Positions 53,975 to 64,000 of a stretch of 64,000 nt of DNA are shown here, one piece after another. The position numbers were made by a program, and so were the translations under genes. Source of the stretch: Dicyema japonicum (taxonomy: Eukaryota; Animalia; Dicyemida); NCBI GenBank assembly GCA_011109175.1, contig RDEW01000051.1, positions 180,685 through 244,684 of the forward strand, written 5' to 3'. Position 1 is the first letter of the stretch. Each line of letters starts with the position of its first letter. The notes beneath the pieces are model-generated. The model saw only the letters and a program-made list of their open reading frames with translations. It had not been told where the DNA came from and did no database searches.

Positions 53975-55922
53975 TGGAACTGGACTCCTAATCGAGTATC
54001 AGCTGCCAAGAGACAGTCAGCATGGCGATTCCAAGACGCTGAGAGTATCATCTCTGTCAACGGGTTCTCAGAGTCCTGTCGCGACACACTTAATTAGCTG
54101 TCAACCATGACATCCCAGAGTACCCCCGTTAATAAAAAACGTCATGAGCAACGAAAACACATTTCAATATTAAAAGCGTAAATATCGTCAATAATTGACA
54201 CACTTAGGTGAGTAAATCCTTCAGAGGTAACAGCGAATCATCAAGGCACGTGTCAAAACATTTCAACTAAAATAACCGAAAAAACGACTCTTATCAGGTG
54301 GACCCCACGTGTACTTCAAATTCAAAGTAGAAATAAGATTTCGCACACAAAACAATTCCTCAATGTCAATAATACACTTTGGGACGCAATAACTTCCAAA
54401 CATCGAAACAACAACAGACCTGGCACGTGTCATTAACAAAAAATACAAATTTTCAGCATTTCTTGACAGATAGCGGGAAATTTCAGCCAAATTAGGAGAA
54501 ATTGACTCCAAAATGTTCAGAATAGCCGACGGAGTCACCAAATTCTTCACCTTCTTCACTAATGCGGCCACTTGTACAAAGTACTCCCGAATAATCTCGT
54601 ATTTCTGGTCCTCTATGAGTTCAGAGTAGTCCACCACAACATCCTTTAATGAAAAGCAAGAATACAGAATCACTAAGCAAATCTACATTTTCTCCCACGT
54701 GGTCAATAAGCCTGAATAAAGCCAAACAGTACTTTTTAGTCAAATCTCTCATATTCTTGTCAAAAAATAACATGACCAAGCTTTGGTAGTACCCCTTCAG
54801 GAAAACGGAGAAGTTTGCTTTGATCTTCAGCAAGGTGGCACATAGAAAGTTTATGTAGTCCCTCAGAATCGTCAAGTTGTGTATGGATAACATCACTGGA
54901 CGCCTCCAATTGGCTCAGCATATTTTTTAACTGAATAAATCATAAATCACCTGATTTCTCGTCCATGGAGCCAATTCGGTAGAGGAATCACCAAAAATGG
55001 CAGAGAACTGAGTCACTGACTCGAACACATGCTCTCTGTAGAGTTCTACAAGGCTGGAAATCTTCTCAAATGAGGATAAATTGTTGTTTATGGACATAAT
55101 TCTGCAGTTTACTCCATTCGTTCTTCCCTACAAGTAAATAGCAAGTAAACCTGCAAAAAGCACTTCCTGAGTTCACCCTCAGTAAATCTCCCGCTTTTTC
55201 TAAGGACGGTGACGACTTTAAGAAGTTCAGAGACTCGACCTGAACCGCTTTTTAGCTGAGCCAGAAGAAGGTCCACCATTCTGTCGTAGCTGGACTCAAT
55301 CATGTGAAGTATTTTCCGGATTATAAATCTTCTTACATTTATTATAGGTATTGGAGAAAGCTTCTTCCAAAGGGTGAGGATTTGGTGGACCTCATCGTAG
55401 TTACCCTCCTCTATTAAGGAGTCAACCGTCTTGGGCATCCTCAGAATGCAGGCCACGTCCTCAATTTCTCTTTGGTTCAAAAACCTATTCAAATAATAAA
55501 ATTATTTTTTAATTTAAAAATAAATAATAAACATTTTAATTATTTAAAAAATTAAATAATAATACTAAAAATAAGAAATAAAATAATTTTGCAAAGTTAA
55601 ATACATTACGGTACTTACAAGGTTTGGTCCACTTTGAAATCGCTCATGTTTGGCTTGATAGACTCAATGCTCAACTTTAAGGCTGATATTTGAGAGGTCA
55701 TTTGAGTCCGCTTAGGGTAACTAAGGAAAGGACATTATTGTTGATTTGTTCGATGCTCTGAGAGAACTTTATGAAAGATCCATAGTGAGAGAACGTATTG
55801 TTCGACATTTCTTCGATTACGCTGTTTATTTCTGATTCAATTTCATTTGGTTTATTTACTAATGGGTTATTGGTAACATTACATAATTTTGATATATTTT
55901 CAGAGATGTTATCACTAGACAT
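53975..55922 (-). pseudogene. COG8: COG8 copy 2, 3'-truncated
   Basis: Homology to COG8 stops at the C/A junction (~53975). Confidence 0.7.
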
Positions 55923-57114
55923 GTGTGACTCACAAAGATCAATTATTTAAATTAAATTTAATAAATTCAAAGTTATATTTATTATTTATTAAATTAACAG
56001 CAGATACTAAAATAAACGGTAGATAATAGAGATTCCTTCCAATATCACGCATAGTCTTTCAGAATTAGCCGAAGAGGGAAAAACATCCAGAGGGAGAAAC
56101 TTCTTCAATACAAAAGAATCTCAACTCTCTATTATTTATAGTAATGTAGGCGGCGGATTCCTCGAAACACAAAATTTGAGCATATCGTTTGATTTTTTCC
56201 CTTTCTCCAGTCAATGTATTTATCGAGTTGTCATGAAAATCTTAATTTTTTTCAATTGCTTATCGTGTTGATTCCACTAGAACCATATTTTATAATTGAT
56301 ATTTTCAAAAAAACTAATATATTTTTTATTTTCTAGTATTAATAATTTTTTCCAATGAAATGTTTTCTGAAAAATTATTTTCGTATTTTGAGCATTCACA
56401 TCGCGGCTCTGGGGTCTCGCAGATTGTACTGTGACATTTTATAAAATAAATTAGGGAAGAAGATATTCTTTTAGAAAAAAATTGAAACTATCAAAAGGCT
56501 GAACTGACAAATAAAAGCAATGAATTTAATATGTGTCCTGAAATACTTGACTATTCTTTAAATTTTGTTGGAGAGGTTAAAGAGACTGGTGAGAATGTTA
56601 TTCGGCTCTTCAAGGGTTAAAAAATTATTTTAAACAGCTTGAATTGTTTAAATGGAATGCAGAGGTTAAATCAAATTTCAAGAAAGGAAATGAGTTTTAT
56701 AACAGAATTGGTTTTTCAAAAATAAATTTTTCTTTATCACTCCTTCTAGCTGCCCAAAATAGGAGATTAGGTGGAGTCTTACTGTAAGTTGTAATTCGAT
56801 TCATTTAATAACTTTTTGATTAGACAACGACAGAAGATTATGAGAGAGCATCAACTCCGACTAATCCAACTATCAGTTATGGTTGTGGCGCTTGGGGAAC
56901 AAACTTAGCCACCCACGTGTCCAAATGTTCCACATCTCTTTCAGTGCACAAGACACCAGCATGAGTACTCGTGACTTGTCGATCTATGAGAGCAATCGGA
57001 ATTTACAGCGTCTACTTATCCCCCTGCAAGTTAGTGAAGTCGGGGTAGTGACGTCAGGGGGTCAAAAGTTAGAATTACTAAGCCCACGTGATTTAAAGAA
57101 AACTTGGGAAAATA

Positions 57115-58759
57115 TTACACAAAAGTTAGTAAATTAAACAACAGAAGTCTTGGGGGCTCCTTTTCGCGCTTCGAGCGACTTGGGACGAAGAAAGACAAAA
57201 TAATCAGACACAAATAAAAAAATGCGATAAATTCGAAGGAAATCAGAGACCCAAAGACCTTCCCAATACTCAAGTCACATTTGAGGGATGCTGCGTATAT
57301 GCTCTCAAACATCACGGGAGCAATGGATCTGCAATATTTCCCAATCAAACCTGAAGAGGCACGACAGCGACAATCCAATTCCATTCACGGTCCCCACATC
57401 CTTCACATCCGCAGCGTTGTTGAGAATCAGTCCAATTGGACCGAACATCATGATGTTGTTCGATTTTATCAGTATATATTCGACGTACATGAACACTGTG
57501 CTCCCATACGAGGACCTGCGTAAAGCACAAATTACACATTTTCGTCAAAATGATGTAACTGAGGGGATTGAGGCGATCAGGGGGAGAGCGAGCATGTTGA
57601 CATACTTAATGACCTTAAGATCAGACAGTTACCAAACCCAGATGATCCCAAATCTGGACATTAACTGAGTGAAGACGAAGATGGTCAGGAATATCCCTGG
57701 GATGGAGCAGTACGTGATGAAATTCCCAATGGCTTTCGCGGAAAACCCGAGTCCTCCGGATTGAACTTCCGTGGAAAGGTATAGAATCAGCAATTCGTCA
57801 ACTCCAATGGAGCATAGCGAAAAGAGCAAGTAGATCCCCAACGAAATGATGACCTTTTTGGATCTATTTCAGTAAACTCAGAAAGTGACCTCATTATGCG
57901 TGCAAAAGCCCTGAGAGTCGACTCTTCGTTGAAATATTTGGCGGGTTCTTTCATTTCAATGCTGGTGGTCAGGCGTATTCTGTTGAAACCTCAAAATACT
58001 TTCTTTTGAGGGATTTTTCGAAGACGTAAACAGAGGTTACGTTTATTCCGATGAAGGCGGTCACCACGAGGGAGCACAGGAAGTAGGGGTATCGCATGAA
58101 AAACGAAGTCTTGAACACGTTCGGGTACAATTTGGCTGGATTTTGCAAATATCCTTAATGGGGGTAACAACCACGTGATACCGCCAACCATGGACCCCAA
58201 AATGGTCCCGACATAGACTCCAATCATGTGGAAGAGCATTCCTATGGACTGGTTTTCGTTTGTGCATAAATCGTAGACTATCGCTTTGCTCAACAAAGCG
58301 GTCCCTTCAATCACGGAAAAATAAACCGGAAACGAGACCAATTAACAGCTTCATGCAAATCGTGAAGTACAGATCGATCGTAAGCCCGAAAATGAGCGTG
58401 AATAGGCCACTCATGGTTAGGCAGACCATCAGAACACGGTATTTGCTCATTTTGTCTGCAAGTCTACCAATTATGACACTAAAGCTTATCCCCAATAGTT
58501 TACCTCCCAAAAATTCGTCCTCCGTAAAATGCCGTTTGGACAAGGCCGGCGTAGTACCCCTTTTCGTACTCCGAATAGCCGAAAAACTGGAAAATCACTA
58601 AACCCCAACTCTAATCATTTCGGGGATAAATGGCTGGGAGAAAAGCGCGAGAAGACTGGTGGTGATCTTATCTAATCAAATCCAGGGTACCATGTTCATA
58701 GTAATCACGGTGATTGCTGAAATTGACAACTTTGTGGGGTCATACTCCAGATTTTTCAT
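57115..58759 (-). CDS. MFS transporter, copy 3
   Basis: Near-identical to 36916-38558. Confidence 0.7.
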
Positions 58760-60569
58760 GATTCTCAAAATAACTGTCGACGTTGTACAATCTACAACTT
58801 AAATAGACTTAACCGCAATAATCACTTAAATATCACGTGAACTTACGGTGACTCATATCTTTCGTAAACGACATTGATCTACATTTAAGACTCCCATTAA
58901 TGTGACTGTTTCTATTTTAGTTGAAGAGCCTCCCCCGATGATTGAATCATTAATGCCTTACACTTCACTAAATCCTAATCAATTTAAATCGATACTGGCT
59001 ATTGATCTTTGCCCATAATTGCTGAGTGTTGCCTCTTGTGGTAGCGAGGGAGATCAAATGGGAGAGCTTCTGGTGTTTACTTTGGTGAAGCCTTGAATAT
59101 CACGTGACCTCTTTCACGTGACCCTTACTAATTCAGCAGCCTGGTATCTATTTATGACTCACTTTTGTGCAACTAAATCATTTCCTGTCCACGTGGTCCG
59201 TGGGTGATCTGTTTCTTCCAACTTGTATGAGCGCCAACACTATCAGCTGGACGCTTGAGGGCAGCCAACCCCCTCCAAGGATCCTCGTCTTTATTAGACC
59301 ATTAGCCGAAAATACTTCCTATATTTTTGTAGGTCAGCCTTTATTTGGGGATGTGTAAGACCTCGCCTGGACGTCCACCAACTTGGTTATTTTTTTGATG
59401 TGATCTCTCATCATTGCGTCATGCCTGGTAAGAAAAATTCTTGGAAACGGAAAAGGGTTAATTAGTCGACATTAGAATAGAAAAAAATATGAAGAGACGT
59501 TCACATCACAAAAAAGTCTCCGTAAATAACATGTTTAACAAACCCCACATGAATGTGAAGACCACCAATCAGAAATAAACCATCCGACTGATATTTGAAA
59601 GCACGGGTTTTAGCTGCTACGTTCCTGTTGGCCACGTGTTTCCTTCACTTAAAGGTGTCGATTGAACAGAGTTAAGTGTCACAAGAACAACTCATCGATG
59701 CTCTAAAACGTTCTGTGGAACTGACACGAGGATTCTAATAAAATCTAATTTAAATATAAATGGAAGTAACGTCGGTTTCTCTAGGACTGAAATAGCTAAT
59801 GAGAGGAAGCGCATTATGGAGATGCTTCAGTATGCTAGTCACGTATGATTCTGTTCGGTTTTTTTAAAATTGACCAAAACATGGCAGAAAATTTCATCAC
59901 AGAGAACTACGTCGCAGCACGTCACGTTCAGTGCTTCCTGAAATTCTTAATGAGGATCTGAAACTGGTGAAGAAAGCAATGAGCAACAGCAAAGACCCTA
60001 TGATCTGAAAAGTCTGCCGTTAAACAGAGGAGGGCGGAAGAGAGGAAGAGCAAACTAATCAAAGCGAGGTACATCAGAATTAAACGTCTCTATGCTAGCT
60101 TGCTTTCACGAAGAAACAAAGACAAAGTTCAGCAGCACCATCCCGCGTCCGTGGTACTCCATTGCACAACCTCTCCAAGCGCCTAATTATTAAGGATCAC
60201 CCAGGCAACATATAACAAGAATAAATCGTAAAAAAATGAAATCAGTCAATTCTGATCTTCCGGGCAATCAAACCCGGTAGCAGATGCTTAATATAGACTG
60301 CGAGCCGATGTTTCAGGGGTTCCGATGAGAATGTGGGAATCGTTTTGATCACTGATAGGCTTCACAATCTCCTGGCCACATATTGCCCCACGTTTTGTAG
60401 CCACTACCAAGCGAACCGTTAAGTAGTTACTCTGTAAGGGAGTAAGTTCAAGTCTGTTAGCTGCAATAGTAGGGCTTTTTCTCAACGTAAAGCTGACCCA
60501 CGTGCAGAAGAGACAACATAGAGTTACATATTAACCCCCAAAATTACCAAAAAGAAGTTATTTGATGTA

Positions 60570-62517
60570 TGGAACTGGACTCCTAATCGAGTACCAGCTG
60601 CCAAGAGACAGTCAGCATGGCGATTCCAAGACGCTGAGAGTATCATCTCCGTCAACGGGTTCTCAGAGTCCTGTTGCGACACGCTTAATTAGCTGTCAAC
60701 CATGACATCCCAGAGTACCCCCGTTAGTAAAAAACGTCATGAGCAACGAAAACAGATTTCAATATTAAAAGCGTAAATATCGTCAATAATTGACACACTT
60801 AGGTGAGTAAATCCTTCAGAGGTAACAGCGAATCATCAAGGCACGTGTCAAAACATTTCAACTAAAATAACCGGAAAAACGACTCTATCATGTGGACCCC
60901 ACGTGTGCTTCAAATTCAAAGTAGAAATAAGATTTCGCACACAAAACAATTCCTCAATGTCAATAATACACTTTGGGACGCAATAACTTCCAAACATCGA
61001 AACAACAACAGACCTGGCACGTGTCATTAACAAAAATACAAATTTTCAGCATTTCTTGACAGATAGCGGGAAATTTCAGCCAAATTAGGAGAAATTGACT
61101 CCAAAATGTTCAGAATAGCCGACGGAGTCACCAAATTCTTCACCTTCTTACTAATGCGGCCACTTGTACGAAGTACTCCCGAATAATCTCGTATTTCTGG
61201 TCCTCTATGAGTTCAGAGTAGTCCCACCACACATCCTTTAATGAAAAGCAAGAATACAGAATCACTAAGCAAATCTACATTTTCTCCCACGTGGTCAATA
61301 AGCCTGAATAAAGCCAAACAGTACTTTTTAGTCAAATCTCTCATATTCTTGTCAAAAAATGACATGACCAAGCTTTGGTAGTACCCCTTCAGGAAAACGG
61401 AGAAGTTTGCTTTGATCTTCAGCAAGGTGGCACATAGAAAGTTTATGTAGTCCCTCAGAATCGTCAAGTTGTGTATGGATAGGAACATCACTGGACGCCT
61501 CCAATTGGCTCAGCATATTTTTTAACTGAATAAATCATAAATCACCTGATTTCTCGTCCATGGAGCCAATTCGGTAGAGGAATCACCAAAAATGGCAGAG
61601 AACTGAGTCACTGACTCGAACACATGCTCTCTGTAGAGTTCTACAAGGCTGGAAATCTTCTCAAATGAGGATAAATTGTTGTTTATGGACATAATTCTGC
61701 AGTTTACTCCATTCGTTCTTCCCTACAGGTAAATAGCAAGTAAACCTGCAAAAAGCACTTCCTGAGTTCACCCTCAGTAAATCTCCCGCTTTTTCTAAGG
61801 ACGGTGACGACTTTAAGAAGTTCAGAGACTCGACCTGAACCGCTTTTTAGCTGAGCCAGAAGAAGGTCCACCATTCTGTCGTAGCTGGACTCAATCATGT
61901 GAAGTATTTTCCGGATTATAAATCTTCTTACATTTATTATAGGTATTGGAGAAAGCTTCTTCCAAAGGGTGAGGATTTGGTGGACCTCATCGTAGTTACC
62001 CTCCTCTATTAAGGAGTCAACCGTCTTGGGCATCCTCAGAATGCAGGCCACGTCCTCAATTTCTCTTTGGTTCAAAAACCTATTCAAATAATAAAATTAT
62101 TTTTTAATTTAAAAATAAATAATAAACATTTTAATTATTTAAAAAATTAAATAATAATACTAAAATAAGAAATAAAATAATTTTGCAAAGTTAAATACAT
62201 TACGGTACTTACAAGGTTTGGTCCACTTTGAAATCGCTCATGTCTGGCTTGATAGACTCAATGCTCAACTTTAAGGCTGATATTTGAGAGGTCATTTGAG
62301 TCCGCTTAGGGTAACTAAGGAAAGGACATTATTGTTGATTTGTTCGATGCTCTGAGAGAACTTTATGAAAGATCCATAGTGAGAGAACGTATTGTTCGAC
62401 ATTTCTTCGATTACGCTGTTTATTTCTGATTCAATTTCATTTGGTTTATTTACTAATGGGGTTATTGGTAACATTACATAATTTTGATATATTTTCAGAG
62501 ATGTTATCACTAGACAT
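60570..62517 (-). pseudogene. COG8: COG8 copy 3, 3'-truncated
   Basis: Same truncation as copy 2. Confidence 0.7.
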
Positions 62518-63711
62518 GTGTGACTCACAAAGATCAATTATTTAAATTAAATTTAATAAATTCAAAGTTATATTTATTATTTATTAAATTAACAGCAGAT
62601 ACTAAAATAAACGGTAGATAATAGAGAGATTCCTTCCAATATCACGCATAAGGTCTTTCAGAATTAGCCGAAGAGGGAAAACATCCAGAGGGAGAAACTT
62701 CTTCAATACAAAAGAATCTCAACTCTCTATTATTTATAGTAATGTAGGCGGCGGATTCCTCGAAACACAAAATTTGAGCATATCGTTTGATTTTTTCCCT
62801 TTCTCCAGTCAATGAATTTATCGAGTTGTCATGAAAATCTTAATTTTTTTCAATTGCTTATCGTGTTGATTCCACTAGAACCATATTTTATAATTGATAT
62901 TTTCAAAAAAACTAATATATTTTTTATTTTTTATATTAATAATTTTTCCAATGAAATGTTTTCTGAAAAATTATTTTCGTATTTTGAGCATTCACATCGC
63001 GGCTCTGGGGTCTCGCAGATTTGTACTGTGACATTTTATAAAATAAATTAGGGAAGAAGATATTCTTTTAGAAAAAAATTGAACTATCAAAAGGCTGAAC
63101 TGACAAATAAAAGCAATGAATTTAATATGTGTCCTGAAATACTTGACTATTCTTTAAATTTTGTTGGAGAGGTTAAAGAGACTGGTGAGAATGTTATTCG
63201 GCTCTTCAAGGGTTAAAAAATTATTTTAAAACAGCTTGAATTGTTTAAATGGAATGCAGAGGTTAAATCAAATTTCAAGAAAGGAAATGAGTTTTATAAC
63301 AGAATTGGTTTTTCAAAAATAAATTTTTCTTTATCACTCCTTCTAGCTGCCCAAAATAGGAGATTAGGTGGAGTCTTACTGTAAGTTGTAATTCGATTCA
63401 TTTAATAACTTTTTGATTAGACAAACGACAGAAGATTATGAGAGAGCATCAACTCCGACTAATCCAACTATCAGTTATGGTTGTGGCGCTGGGGAACAAA
63501 CTTAGCCACCCACGTGTCCAAATGTTCCACATCTCTTTCAGTGCACAAGACACCAGCATGAGTACTCGTGGACTTGTCGATCTATGAGAGCAATCGGAAT
63601 TTACCGCGTCTACTTATCCCCCTGCAAGTTAGTGAAGTCGGGGTAATGACGTCAGGGGGTCAAAAGTTAGAATTACTAAGCCCACGTGATTTAAAGAAAA
63701 CTTGGGAAATA

Positions 63712-64000
63712 TTACACAAAAGTTAGTAAATTAAACAACAGAAGTCTTGGGGCTCCTTTTCGCGCTTCGAGCGACTTGGGGACGAAGAAAGACAAAATAA
63801 TCAGACACAAATAAAAAAATGCGATAAATTCGAAGGAAATCAGAGACCCAAAGACCTTCCCAATACTCAAGTCACATTTGAGGGATGCTGCGTATATGCT
63901 CTCAAACATCACGGGAGCAATGGATCTGCAATATTTCCCAATCAAACCTGAAGAGGCACGACAGCGACAATCCGATTCCATTCACGGTCCCCACATCCTT
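63712..64000 (-). CDS. MFS transporter, copy 4 (3' part; continues beyond window)
   Basis: The 89-aa ORF is identical to the 36916-37185 translation. Confidence 0.65.

Larger units (their letters stand above)
47370..64000. repeat. ~6.6-kb tandem amplicon (blocks A-B-C repeated, running off the window)
   Basis: Block A = 47370-50310, B = copy of 36711-40209, C = copy of 43102-43290. Homologous ORFs recur at 50783, 57384 and 63981 (period ~6600). Confidence 0.95.

Overview
Compact eukaryotic, animal-type nuclear DNA. Genes carry very short GT-AG introns (about 19-31 nt, mode 22) and sit next to short, extremely AT-rich promoter islands. A Six3/6 homeobox gene, ciliary genes (ENKD1, LRRC74) and ~22-nt introns fit best with a highly reduced metazoan such as a dicyemid mesozoan; this taxon is an inference, not shown by the sequence. 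Recognisable genes: GT31 galactosyltransferase, class C GPCR-like, cathepsin D-like protease, guanylate kinase, tRNA-Trp, Six3/6, SMPDL3-like, LRRC74, TRNT1, ENKD1, NAA40, ZIFL-like MFS transporter, DHRS7B, RMND1, MED27, RNF180-like, R3HCC1-like and COG8. Between them lie decayed RTE-type LINE, hAT, pogo and CRE remnants. From ~47.4 kb to the window end is a ~6.6-kb tandem amplicon derived from the 36.7-50.3 kb segment with two internal deletions. The most striking unexplained signal is the palindrome CACGTG: about 90 sites by manual count, against roughly 8 expected from base composition. It occurs in exons, inside 22-nt introns, in dead transposons and at an amplicon breakpoint. Many single-base frameshifts fall in homopolymers and look like long-read assembly errors, so gene models and some coordinates are approximate.
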